A stretch of DNA of 64,000 nt, taken from the NCBI GenBank assembly GCA_002633005.1, contig NMRA01000061.1, positions 110,568-174,567 of the forward strand. Reading direction: 5' to 3'. The stretch is from Phoronis australis (taxonomy: Eukaryota > Animalia > Phoronida). Position 1 is the stretch's first letter. Each line of letters opens with the position of its first letter. Position numbers and translations under genes: made by a program. This document shows, one piece after another, positions 43,385-56,589 of the stretch. Below the pieces are notes generated by a model. The model saw only the letters and a program-made list of their open reading frames with translations, had not been told where the DNA came from and did no database searches.

Positions 43385-45280
43385 TTTTTGTACATTTATT
43401 GCCCAGACAAAAGCACAAAAGCCAGTCTGAGGTTGGGGGCCTCAGTTCCTGGTTTAACAAAAGTATATAACATTAACTAATAAATATATAAGGCAATAAA
43501 ATGCAACTGAAAAGGGAAAAGGGGAGCGGGGGAAGGAATTTCACGCGCCATTCGTACACACACTCCCACCGTGCTGATAAGATGTCTGATGAAATTACGT
43601 GCTATATAAATACATACAAACATAAATACATATAAAAATAATAATAACAGTACAAGTTTGACCATTTCTAGAATACTAAATAAAAGCATGCGTGCAGACC
43701 TCTCCATTTATCCATATTTGTGTCCGAGGTATCTGTTAAAATTGTGTTTATAAAAGTTTGTAATTTCAACTTGAAATCGTTAAAAAAGACAGGCTTTTAT
43801 ACCTATGATGTCTGATAAATGAAGGAAAGTGCAAGTGTATTAATGGTATTGCAAATTAATTTGTGATTTGGGTTAGAGTTTTGAACAAAATCTAATATGT
43901 CCCAAATCGTAAACATGTATTGAGTATTTAGAGCTTTATGTAAGAGTGTTTGCACTGATTCCCAGAAAGTCCTGACACGTGCAATAATAAAACATGAAGT
44001 AAAGTCAGTAACTCATCACAATAGGGGCACTTATCAGTTTGGACCACCCCTGTTTTGTATAAACTGATATTTGTAAACAATTTTCTATGGGTAAAGAGGT
44101 ACCTGAAGTTTTTCAATTCTGGATTTATGGGGAGGCTAAAGGGTAAAAAATAAGTTTCTCTAATTTCTCTTTCATTATAATAATTACTTAAACGCACATA
44201 ATTGTCGGGTTTTTGTGCAAAAGTATGCTTAGTACAATTTTTAAACCAATCTTTACTACAACTGCTATATTTAATTAAATGAAACTTATTATAACCAATA
44301 GATATTGCTTCTAGTTCACCAAGATGCTCCCTCAATGCACTAACAACAACATTATATTGCAATATACAAAAAATCTTGAGATGTTATTTATTTTTGATAA
44401 AGTCCCATCTAAGAATTTTATTTTAATCATCTAGAAAATCTTCGCAAAATAACAATCCAGGGTCAAATATTTCCCGACAAAATACTGATTTATTGCTAAG
44501 TAAAATATTTTGGTTATTCCACAACACTTGTTTGTTAATAGGAATATTCTTAAAAACTTCTATATTCAAAGGCTCTAAGCTTTTCAGCACTTCAGTATAA
44601 AAGAAATTGTTAATTGACATTTTCAAATTTCCTGAACGGAAATTTGAGAAGAAAATACATGTACATACGCACAACTGTAATCGTACGGCAATTGTAATGC
44701 AAACCATGTTGCAAAATTATTTTTTTTCATGACCATTTCATTGTAAAAATGCTGTATAATTGGAACCGACAAGCCAATTTTTCATTTTGTGGTGGTTAGT
44801 TTTGATAAGAACATTGATGTGGTACATACAGCTACCTCAAGTTTGTGAAGAAGAAATTTCCAGTGTTGTCAGCGACTTTGCGAAATCACTTTTTAGCAGT
44901 GAGACTACATCACCTTAAATGTAACTCCCTGACTTTATGGGTTTTGTGTGGTTCACTCCGTTCTGTAGCAATTTGAGTGTTGAAAAGATCTAGAAGGCAA
45001 TTTTTTAGTATTAGAGTCATAACATTTGCACTTTGGACTGTACAGTTATCTTTTTATTGTATTATGAAAACATATTTTGTAGTATACAAGTCCCTGGTTG
45101 GTGTTTTATATACAAGGAATATTTTCAACTTAGATGAGTTGTCTGTGAGGTAGGCAACTTTCAAATAAGATAAGGAATAAAATTGTCAAACATTGTTTTA
45201 TTTTTTAGATATAAGATTTTCCAATAAGTAATTACTTTTAAAAAACCATTGCAGAATTTGATTCTTACTCTTCATTTAAA
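43385..45280 (-). mobile_element. Degenerate Tx1/L1-like LINE, copy B
   Basis: NIPINKQVLWNNQNILL..KSVF and DKCPYCDELLTLLHV zf-RVT motif; 3' hairpin and AATAAA. Confidence 0.78.
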
Positions 45281-46984
45281 GGAGAATAAATCCATAAGCC
45301 TGCATTGTTTAGATATTTTCATCAAACTACATATTACGGGGTTGGGGATTGGACTCTTAATACAACGGAGTCTGATCCCGTAACATGAGTAATACAACAA
45401 AATACATGGGATATAAAAATTGGTGTTTATGTTCCACGGAAAGGATTCATGTGCACGGTAATAGTTACTGAGGTGCGTGGTCATTGTTTGTGGATACTTT
45501 GGGATTCCTCTTCTGTGGTCATCCACGGGAAACCTGGTCGCATAGAGAACAATAGATTAGCATCTTCGTTGTGCCCGTTGTTATAATAAAGATAATGACG
45601 AGCACTTCTCGGCAACGGTCTGATGTACGCAAGGTTCTATATCCATGCAAATTGTTATATCCAACAATGTCACAACAAAGGAAAACAATGATAGGACCGA
45701 TGGGCGATATACAGGCGACGAGTTGCCACGGACAGTGGTGGAGTTTGTGTTGTCATTCGAATGTTTGTAGAGAACTGCAAACCCGGTATTTCGTCAGGAA
45801 AATTTCTGCGGTCTTTTGTTTTAAGTCGTGGGAAAAATTGTGGTCAGGCCACCAAACTTATCATTCATTTGATATTACAATGCATTGCATGAACATTTGA
45901 TCAACAGAAAATCTGACTTGAATTGATATGAAGAAATACCCATGAGGAAATTGCAAGGCATAACAACTGTAAATCAAAATAACCTACATTTGTCGAGTTC
46001 GTGTCTAACCCTGTTCACTGTGGAGGACATAATTGGCTTTTTACAAAATGGAGCCATGTATGATATCTACGAGCACTATAGCCCTAGGTGTTAAGTACTA
46101 AAACATTCAAAACATTCAGGAGGAACAAACTCGTTGCAAACTATCGAAAAACATGAAGGACAATCTGATTTTACGTGCTCACGCATCGATCTCAGATATT
46201 TGAAAATTTCTTAATTTTAGTACGTTTGAGGTGCCAAAATGTATAACTAATAAACTGGCTGACAAAGTTTTTATTTTATGCAATGAAAGTAAATTGTTTT
46301 GTCAACATTTTGGCTAAGTTTCATTATCATAGCAGTGGGGGCAGATTTGGTACAGCAGTGTACTGAACATAACCTCAAAATGGCATAACGGGGGCAGTGC
46401 AGTAAAATTACTAAATGAGGGTGGTAAATCGGAATCTTTTTTTCAAGACATCTGTGTAACAATCTATAGGCACCACTAAACAATGCCAAGTGAATAATAG
46501 TTCAATAGCTTTCATTCAAGTTAAAATAAAAACAGTTAAAACTGGAAGTTTTTATACCGTGAAAACATGGCTGCGAAGCCGTAAAACGTGTTTGAGCCTA
46601 TAACTTTGGTAAAACGTAATCTTTTGAGGAAGTATTTTACCACTGTTTATAGATCCCATAGGACTACCTATGTGCCAAATTTGGTGAAAATCGGCTGACC
46701 CCCATCTTGCCGCTGGATGGTGGTCTCGTGGACTAGTACTTACATGTAAGTTCCGCTAACTGATCGGCTGGGGCTTTGAAGTAGTTTTCTTTCAGTTGGT
46801 GATTGAGAAAGTGATCGATAAAACAACCCATAGTAAATTTTTCTGTGACCGAAATAACTTTCGATCCAGCAGTTGCTTAACTGAGGACAAGTTAAGCTAG
46901 GACATAAATTAAATATGAGTGTGTTTTTAGTGAATAAGATGATGCCACGGCCACTGTTACTGTGATAGGCTACACTGTAACCAG

Positions 46985-47385
46985 GGCCCGGTCTCTAATC
47001 TTTGTACTCGAAACGAACTCGAAACTATTTTTGGCAATTTCTCTGCTCCTTTTGTGCGAACTTAAGATAATTGGTTATCAGACTGTGCTCGAATACATTA
47101 TAGTTTATGCATAGGAGTTTCTAGTTCAAGTTTGCCCTTGAAGACCCTTATATTCGTGCTACAAACTCGAGTAAAAACTCGAAATTTCGAGTTCAAACTC
47201 GAACTTATTGCTTTAATATTGGGTTTACAAACTGTGAACTAAGGGCAATAAATTATCTACGTAAGTTATTGCGTACTCGAGCATAGAATAATAGACACTT
47301 ATCTTGAGTTCGCCCAAAAGTAGAGTAGAAAATGCCAAACCTAATTTCGAGTTCCATTTCGAGTAAAAAGATTGGAGACCGGGCC
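46985..47385. mobile_element. PIF/Harbinger-type MITE, copy 2 (inverted relative to copy 1)
   Basis: TIR GGCCCGGTCTC/GAGACCGGGCC flanked by 3-bp TSD CAG. Confidence 0.8.
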
Positions 47386-49181
47386 CAGGAATGATTAGTT
47401 CATTATCAAGGTCGTCTTTGGTAACATTACAAGTTTCACAAAGAGCGACAATCATATAATCGTAAGACAGAACGAAGTTTTTTAGAAGTTGGAATCTGGA
47501 GAAATTGTTGGATTTAATGCTATTAATATTTGAAAATAAGATTTTAAAGGTAGTATCGTCTTGAGGCCCAGGATTTTCTTCAACATCGCCACTGAGCTAA
47601 AAGGAGGCACATGCCAATGACGATTCCGTAATCCATACAGGTGTTATGTAAACAATACAGTAGTAAGACACATCAGTAAGCTGAGCCCGCATAGCGTGAT
47701 ACCTCGTTAGATGCCCGTGAGAAGAACTGAACTGTGACCATGCAGGGGGAAACATTGTAAGACCAGAGAAAGTCACTCTACTCGAGGCACTCAAAGGATA
47801 GCCGGATTTAAAAATTAATACACCAATGCTTAATGACAATTCAAGGGTTGTTAAATGAATAAGGTAGACTGGACAATTAAGGGAGTCATTTTTAAACAAC
47901 ATAATTACATCATAGGCTCGCTTACAGGTAAATAAATAGCAACTTAGTTGAAAAGCGCAACATATAAATTCAATCTTGGGGAAACCAGTTAGCTCTGTTG
48001 CAAGTGAATACAAAACACATATGTATTTGAAGACGTAATAAGGAGTCAGGTGATAATGATTGACCTAAAGATATGTACAGAGGAAATATGACCAATTAGT
48101 AACGGACAAAAGAAGGTGAAAAATAAGAGTTTCAACACTCAAATGCGCTGAAGAAAACAAAAAATGAAGTATTGAAGATCTTTCACTATGGATAACTTAG
48201 CTGTAACACATTTTAGAATATTGATTTTAGGCTATAAGTGCTTACCATTATCGATCACCCAGTAATGACTGATCAGCTCATGTGTTCGGTGTTGTCTTCT
48301 GAATTGAAGTTAACTTTCTCACGGATAGGAAAAAAGTTTTCACAGGGATTATTTGAACTTGAAACTCATTATAAACTGAATTATGGTGACAGAAAGTGCT
48401 CAAGGTGATTTTTTCACGGACAAGATAAAACAGTGATAACTCAATTAATGTTATGGGGAACCATTCTGAAACCCACAACAAAAATCACATGTAGTTGTAG
48501 AATCTGCACCTGACTGACAGAGTGACTAGTGTCTAGAAATTAAAATCAATACCATATTATGTGAAAGGTGTCAATAACACGACCGAACAGAAATGCCGCA
48601 CAAAATTAAAATGACGTGTAAGTTTATCCTGACCAACTATTTGGTATGAAGTTTCCTCAAAATCAACGTTCTGCGAAACACAACAGTCGAAAAAAATAGT
48701 AATTATATAAGTGACAGCCACTAAGGCCGGAGCTCAAATATGAGAATCATTGTCTTGTGTGAATATTATACAATGTACGATTCCGTCACACATTCAAATT
48801 AAAATGTGGGAAACATGTTTTTTCGACAACCAAAAACAACACATTAGTACAGTCTGTAGGCAGTTGCAAAGATACTATATTACATTTTTGGTAAGGGTGC
48901 AACCAGGAAACTATAAGAGGCAATAGGCAACAAAACTCATGCTCCAAGCATGAATGATTTGAATATATATTAAGAATTTGATGCATTACCATTGCCTGTG
49001 GTCAGTATAAGGTGTTGTGATCGCTGCGGACCTGGATAGAGTGCACCACCACTAATAGAGACGTAGCGTGATCTCAAAGGTATTACGTAAGGGAGAAAAC
49101 TGAATAAGTATCAGCGGACAGNCGCCAGTGTCTATAGGACGAGAGAGAGCGAATTAAGTTTAAACTTCGCAGATTTTTAAA

Positions 49182-51765
49182 TTTTTTTTTTATTCTCCCA
49201 GTTCAACATAAGTAAGGACAAAGGTCTGGGGTTCCCTTGCCTTACTTTACAATTCAATGAAAATAAAGTTTACTAAGTTAAATGTATACTTGAACAGGAT
49301 TTTTGAAATACATTTAACAAAAAGAAAAAAAAACATACAAGACAGTGTAGTAGTATATGGCTCTGAAAAGGGGAGAGAGTATTTTGGAATGATAAAACAT
49401 CCTTACATTGCTATTAAATTATGCATTTGTGACCACCTGTTTGTAAATTTTCCCTTTGTAAATTTTTTGAATAAATATATTTTTCACAGGAGTAATAACT
49501 GTTATTTTCTTTTGTTAATACAATTAAATTTGGAGGTTTACCCTTGAGACGTTGCTTATATAAATGGAACTTGCAGAGACACAAGATTAACTTTTGAATT
49601 GACTGGCTTCTGCATCTGTTTCCAAAGAAAACTGTAAGCACATTTGCACCTAGGGAGATATTGGTTTTGTTTCTAACCCAATCTTCAACATTGTTCCAAA
49701 ATTTTTGAACATCACATTGCCAGTATAAGTGAAGCAAAGTCTCAGGTTCACTCTTACAAAACGTACTCAAGGGGGAGCTACTTACCCCAATTTTGACAAG
49801 GTAAGAGTTACAGCTAATTATCCTATGCGACAGTCTAAATTGAAACCAACGAAGTTTCACATCAAGTGTAAAGTTACAAAGTAGGCATTTTTCCACCATT
49901 CAATAGTGTCTGGTATTGCCTGCCACTTAGGCCTGGCATATTTGTTTAGCACAACAGTGTTGTACATATGTTTTGTGCCCTTTTTGTCTGCAAGTAATAA
50001 TTTCACAAAAATTGGGATAGAGGGTGCATAGAAGGAAAACTTGTCTCTTTTTGAGATTTTCCATTTTTGACAAACAGCCTCTTTGAGCCCATAAAAATTC
50101 AAAAATATTGGTCTAAAATTGAACTTTTTGCAAAAACCTTCAAAAGATAACAACTATCCATGCTCGTCTAGTAGGTCTGAGATATAATAAACACCCTTTT
50201 CAAACCATCTTCTCCAAAACACAGTTTTTCCACCAATCAATACATTAGTGTTATACCAAATTGGCTGATATGGTATTTCCTCCTGATCTATTATATTAGA
50301 AAAATCATACAGAAAGTTAAATAGTTCCTTCCAAAAAGGGTTCTCAGTTTGAGATGCTGCATATTTGTAGAAATAGTTCCCAAATTTTAGACACTCCAAT
50401 GGTATCAAATCAGTGTTTAAGAGGAGACTTGACCATGCTGTAGAATTTGTGGCTCTTAAGAACCTACGCATCCATGTTATCTTAATTGCCTTTACAAAAG
50501 AGTAAACATCTATCATTTTACAACCACCAAATTCATAATGTTGAATCACGGTTTTGCGCCTAATTTTGTCACACTTTCCTCCCCAAATATAATGAAAAAA
50601 CAGTTTTTCTAAATCTTTACAGAACAGATTGCTGGGGATTGGCAAACATGATAAAACATGAATCAGTTTTGGTAGAAGAAATGATTTGCCCACCGTAACT
50701 TTACCAAGAGTACTTAAGTTTCTTTTTGACCATCTTATAATTTCTTTTTTAATATCAACCAACTTGCGATCAAAATTTTAATTACTCATTTCCTGGATGT
50801 CAGTAGAAAAAACAATCCCGAGTATACTAAACTGTGAGGAAGACCATTTTAAGTCCTTCTCAGAACATACCCTTGAATTACTTTGACTCATAGAACCTAT
50901 CCAGACACAAGTTGTTTTTTCTAAATTAGGAGTTAGACCTGAATACTTTGAGAACTGGTCAAGCAGATCAAGAGAGTTTTTTTAATGATCTTTCGGAACC
51001 ATCGAGGATGATAGCAGTGTCATCTCCATATTGGACTAGTTTAAATTCTTGAGCTCCAATCTGTATACCTTTTATATTTTTGTTTTTCCTAAAGAGATTT
51101 CCCATAATCTCAGCACATAGTAGAAAATGATAGGGAGATAAAGGGTCTCCTTGTTTACAACCTCTACCCATTTCAAAGAATTGAGAGGTTTTTCCATATT
51201 GAATTACACAAGCCATAGCTCCCTCATTGAGCAACGATACCCACTTTTTGATGTTTGGGCCAAAATTATAAAAAATACCCAGGAAACTGAGTCGAACGCC
51301 TTCTCAAAATCCACCAGGACCAGTAATCCAGGGATATTCAATTGGACAGTTGCACAGATAAGATCATAAATTAATCGAATATTTTCGCCAATAAATGTAC
51401 CAGCAATAAAACCTTGCTGGTTTTCGTGGATCAAGCAATTGAAGACAGACTTAACGCGTTCAGCAATACATGCTGAAATTAATTTATAATTTATATTGAG
51501 CAATGAAATTGGCCTCCAGTGTTTGAGTAGTTCCCTAGGTTTGCTAGCTTTTGGAATAATTTGGATCACACCTTGTTTTACAGTGGATGGTAGGGAATTC
51601 TGTGAAAACATACAATTAAAAGCTGCAACTAAATCATCTCCCAAATCTGACCAGAAAAATTTGTAAAATTCCACTGTAAAACCGTCGGGACCTGGGGTCT
51701 TATTATTTTTCATCTTTTTGAGAACAAATAGAATTTCATCATAAGTAATATTTCCTTCCAACTTC
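49182..51765 (-). mobile_element. Tx1/L1-clade LINE ORF2 (reverse transcriptase + zf-RVT), frameshifted
   Basis: KTPGPDGFTVEFYKFFW, WRPISLLN, LVDFEKAFDSVSW, GCKQGDPLSP, QYGDDT, RWFQFRLSHRII, ETLLHLYWQC; AATAAA plus poly(A) at the 3' end. Confidence 0.93.
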
Positions 51766-52827
51766 GCAGTTTTATAACACTAGAAGGCCACTTTCTGATG
51801 GTTAACGATGGACTCGTAGTAGGCCTTTATATCATCCAGGGCAGGCTGGAACAGTTGATCACGGAGTGTTTTAATAACTTGGGGCGAAGTCGAGCTTTGC
51901 AATGTCCTCATTTGAGTCCGATTCACATAGGGGCGGGTCCAACTGACGGAAGTCAAGGATTGTTTGAGTAAGTTTTTTTTTTCTGTCGTTTAAGGATGCA
52001 CTGTCTTTGCTTGCTCATTCTTGGCTCGTCAGCACTCATCGTGGTTGAAGTATGAGATAACTTAAGACTTAAATATGAAAAAATTAATTGAGTAATCTTC
52101 AGCACAATTTCAAACGCACATCTGGCGGGAAACAGGTCACGTGCTCGAACCTTGGAACCTTTGTCGGCGAAATTTGGATCACTTGTTAGGTTCGGGTCGG
52201 CTAGCTTGGACGGACGTGGAATAAGTTAACGAGTTTAAAATTAAATAATTTTCACCAATATTTCACAGAAAAATTTAGTGAGACATATCTCTACTCACGC
52301 CGCGGCCAATTTTTACCAGAGTACGATTCTCGCAGATGTTACACTTATGTATTGAGTGATTAAGAGCTCACAATTCCGGCATCAACAACATGACGTCTTA
52401 TAAAAAGTTATACTTTCTATGTCACAGATTGGATACTATGGTCGTTGGTGGGTGGTTTTTGCAATTTGCTAGAGGCGTAGGTCACGCTTGCAAGTTTTGG
52501 AGACTTCCTTTTGAGGGTTGTCGAGGGTTATAGAGCATTATCTTATTTCAGGAAATTGGATGGGAATGCCGTTTTTAATATCTCTTAATTAGACAAAACC
52601 GCGGGTTTGGTCTCCTTTTAACTGTGATACATGTTGATAAAAGCTGTCATAAAAAGCAACAATGTACAATTTTCAGGTTTTGCTAAAAAATATAAGGAAC
52701 ATTCTGATTATTTTACTGTGAATTGCCCATGCAGTTGAAATCTAGACTTCATACTTTAATTCCTTTTACAATATCAGCTTGTATATTATGCTTTCCAATG
52801 ATTTCGATAATTTCATTTTGTATTTAA

Positions 52828-53925
52828 AGGGAGAGGCAACCTTTTTCATGTCATTTTTAGTAAAAATACGGTTCGCTGATTGTTCCAGACACGTTTTTCA
52901 GTTAATAACGGCTTCCCGTAATTTTATTAATTAATCGTGCCTTACCCCGGAAGTGATGTTTAGGGTGTTAAGAATTTCCCTCTATTTTGTTTTCATATAG
53001 TCTAGCCGTGTGAGCTGTCGAGTCATTCATTATTTTACCTCGGTTTTATTCGGTCGTCGTTTGCGTTTGTTTATGAGTTAGTCAACATGCCGCAAGGTTA
53101 CTGTGTACCGGGTGTACTATCGTCTCACGCACATTTTGGGTGTGCCATTACATCGCTTTCGGAAAGATGACACACTCCGCCGTACTTGACTCGTTCGTGT
53201 GAAGAATGCAGGTTACCGTCCACGCAACGTACAAAGCAGTTGAGAATTACCAAGTGAGTGCATTTTTGAAGCGAGAAGCCTCGCGAGCTGTGGCCTCATC
53301 TATGAACGAACCACAGAGCATGCAATTCCGGGGCTGAACTAGTAGTGATTCGTCCTGTGCTGATGTGCACACCCGACGCGCACTTGCATTAAGAGAGGTC
53401 CCATCGCGTCTGTGCTAAGTCTCAGCCTCATCCCTCTCAACAGCTGTCTGTGCGTATTCTGCCTCACTATACTCGTGCTCAAACATTATCCACCCACTGA
53501 CTGTTCGTGAAAAAATTTCCTCGTCACCACTCATATGAACAATCATATGTCTCCGTCACTCACGTCCCTCTGTATGGCCGGGGCATAGGTCTCCAACTTC
53601 AGCCAATTTCAGGCTACTACAAGCTAATCCATCCCCAAGTCCAATGTAATTGAGTTCTTTAACAATCTAGCTTGTCGTAGAATACTCGTCAGTGAGAAGT
53701 GATGACGACAGGTTTAGGAAACCAGCACGGAAACAGCAGTGGAACAGATCCCCACAGTAAACTCGAACGCAGAAACAAATGGCGGGAAATTCATAACTTC
53801 CTAAACGTCACTTCTGGAGTAGGGCACGACTAACTAATCAAATTACGGGAAGCCCTTATTAACTGAAAAACATGTCAGGGCTAATCAACGAACCGTATTT
53901 TCGGTAAAAAAGGTTCTCCTCTCCT
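52828..53925 (+). mobile_element. Kolobok-like non-autonomous DNA transposon with THAP remnant
   Basis: ~150-bp imperfect TIRs starting AGGGAGAGG, flanked by TTAA/TTGA; from ATG 53087 MPQGYCVPG..GVPLHRFRKDDTLRRT*LVRVK is a degenerate THAP domain. Confidence 0.72.
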
Positions 53926-53932
53926 TTGAGGC

Positions 53933-54170
53933 TTAAACATACATGGTATTCTTCATTTTCGGATGCTGTAAATGGTTCATCACAGGTATACTCAACAGTT
54001 TCAAAACGACAAGAAAATGTCCTGGATTGCCGTTATCTTCTGTCAAAATTTCGGATTCTCCTATCAATACAATACACTGGCTACCGCAATAAAGAAACAC
54101 TTTAGTTATCGTCTTAGGATTGCGCCTGCTTTTCGTTATCTGCGCTTTCATCTTACCGTCGTTCTGGGAC
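53933..54170 (-). pseudogene. hAT transposase relic (DUF4371/ZMYM1-like segment), copy 1
   Basis: LYCGSQCIVLIGE..NPGHFLVVLKLL..HLQHP..NTMY matches the hAT pattern FCGRQNIALRGH..NPGNF..L..HL..P..NATY. Confidence 0.7.
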
Positions 54171-54876
54171 AAAGTTAATGACTTTCTGTTGATTTCTGGC
54201 GTTGGACGGAGTCTTCCGTGGAGTCTGTAACCCGTATGGAGTCTTGCTAGCTCGTGCGCCAATGACGTTAATTTGTTGAACATTAGTCGACTAATGTTCA
54301 TTGACCAAAGGTTTGTTGACAAATCGAGGCCGTTGAAGATTATGAGTGACGCAATGGTTGTTTTAAAAACGTATATAATATATGCAGAAGCCAGGAGCCC
54401 GTTCCAAGAAACTGACTTAAGTTCATTTTTTACATTTGTCTGTGTGTGTCAGATAATTTTTAGTATGTTTACGTTGTACCAAATATCGTGCCATGAGTCT
54501 GTCTATGTGTTCAAAAATGAATAGTTTTTGTGTGTAATAGTGTATTTTGTACATTCTCTTCCACAGTTGCAGGAGAAGCAGCTCGAGTCATTGCATAGTG
54601 AGCAATAATCTAAAATTTTGTTGTCAGTGTAGTATCTTGAAAGTCCAGCCAGTGGATGTTTATCTTAGTCTAAAACTGAAGAGAGTATTTTATTCTCATC
54701 TACGATTCTAGGAACGTGAAAACGAAAATAGTTTATTGTCGCGATTGACTTGTTAAATGGAGTCTTGTGTATAGGATTGTAGTTGCGATTAATACCAAAA
54801 ATGTTTCCTAAGAGATCTCACGAACGAGAATTTCTAATTGATCCGTTGTTTCAGTTGTGAAATTGTTTTGAATGTA

Positions 54877-56589
54877 GGGGGAAGAGTGGGGTAAAACAGC
54901 CCACAGAGTAAGACGGCCACTTCCTCAGTTTTAACAAGGCTGACGCCAGGTGGCTACTACACCGTTTTATTGCTCAACCGATAGGAGTCGTAACCACATA
55001 TTGGCGCGAATCTAGCAGAACTGCAGACGACCTAAGTTGTGGCACAGGCGTCCTCAGCTTCTGATCGTCCCCAATAGGCAATACACTACATATAATACTA
55101 CAAGGTAGGACCAAGGAGTGTACGAGTATAGGAGAGTTCACTACGCCATTTTACCATTCTCCGCAATGGTTACCGGTCGAAACACTAGCGCTCCAAGCGG
55201 TGAATAATCAATACTTACTTAGGAGCGCAGTCCGAACAATATAAACACTGATGAATTCATACTTTAATGACGTTCAACGTGCAATAAAATTACTGTGTGA
55301 TTGAAAATGGCTAGAATACGTAAACTAACATNGGAACAGGACACCGTGAATGGTATTGGGAGAAAGAACAATTCTTCATGGTTTGTTGAACCCCTGTTTT
55401 GTGTAAATTTATTGAGTTTTATGTTTGCTATGGACGGCTGAAGTGAAGCACCCGTGGAATTTCTGGTCGGAAGTGTCCTACCTTGTAGTATTATATGTAG
55501 TGTATTGGGGACGATTAGAAGCTGAGGACGCCTGTGAGTTGTGGCAAGAAATATTTGACGCCCCTCGAAGTTAGGTGAGTACCTCCCTTTCGTAACATAT
55601 TTAGAAAATTTAATGTACGAAAGAAACTTAATTGTGTGATTAAGCTTAACAGTAATGCCTTGTGAATGAGAAAATGACAACAAAATTTAAAATGACCTTA
55701 ACTAGTTTTCTCGGTGCACGCTTGATTGTGGTGACATCATTAACGGATAAGACGGACAGCTGGGTAGTGGGATAAGACGGACAGCTGGGTAGTGGGATAA
55801 GACGGACAGCTGGGTAGTGGGATAAGACCGACAGGGTGACCGTTTTACCCCATACATATTTAATAGATTGCAGAAATAATTTTTAGTGTTTTGTTTTGTA
55901 TATAATGCCGCGGAAATATATAAGAACGTCTTCAAGAAATGCGTGGGAAAGGGAGGAAATGGAGAAGGCAATAGCCGCGATGAGAAGGGGAGAGATGGGC
56001 TGTAAAACTGCTACAAGTACAAGGCAGTTTGGAGTACCGAGAACTACTCTGAAGCGTAGATTTAAAGACCAGAATGGGCCCATGACCAATGTGCCGGGGT
56101 AGATAGCAAAGACGAAGATTACGTCTGTGACCTCTGCCTCTAGCGACTGCTCGTGGTGACGTGGTGGAAAATTTATTGTTAGTTGCTACATTAAATGTAA
56201 ACTGCCAGTTTCGTCATGTTAAGTTTTTAAAAAGCTAAGAACGCATATTGTATAATGTATGATTTAAAAATAAAGAGAAAAAGAGTTTTGTTATGAAATT
56301 TCGTTGTATAAATCGATGATTACATTTAATCTGTGTTCGTAGTAGCAGGGCAGTTTTACCCAACTGCAGTGACGGTCTTAACAGCAAGGTACGGTAAAAC
56401 GGCCCACCACCCCATAAAAATTCAAATCTGTCTTGGGCCAAGACGGTGCAATTTTAATTCTACTAATTATGTTTTTTATAAACTAAAAGGTAAGCTCTTT
56501 GAACATGATTAATTCATAGTACATACATTGTATACTTTTTGGGTAATGGATCTTTAAAGTTGAGGGTGCCGTTTTACCCCACTCTCCCC
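54877..56589 (+). mobile_element. Internally deleted pogo/Tigger-like DNA transposon
   Basis: TIR GGGGAAGAGTGGGGTAAAAC/GTTTTACCCCACTCTCCCC with TA TSD; HTH_psq MPRKYIR...MEKAIAAMRRGEMG...FGVPRTTLKRR (from 55905) abutting PHD tail WAHDQCAG..YVCDLC*. Confidence 0.85.
55745..55835. repeat. 25-bp tandem repeat x3.5 inside the pogo element
   Basis: Unit GGATAAGACGGACAGCTGGGTAGTG. Confidence 0.9.

Larger units (their letters stand above)
39557..45280. repeat. Local direct duplication: copy A 39557-42444, copy B 42987-45280
   Basis: Colinear near-identical sequence; copy A has a ~560-bp extra insert (40070-40628); an N lies at the A/spacer junction. Confidence 0.9.
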
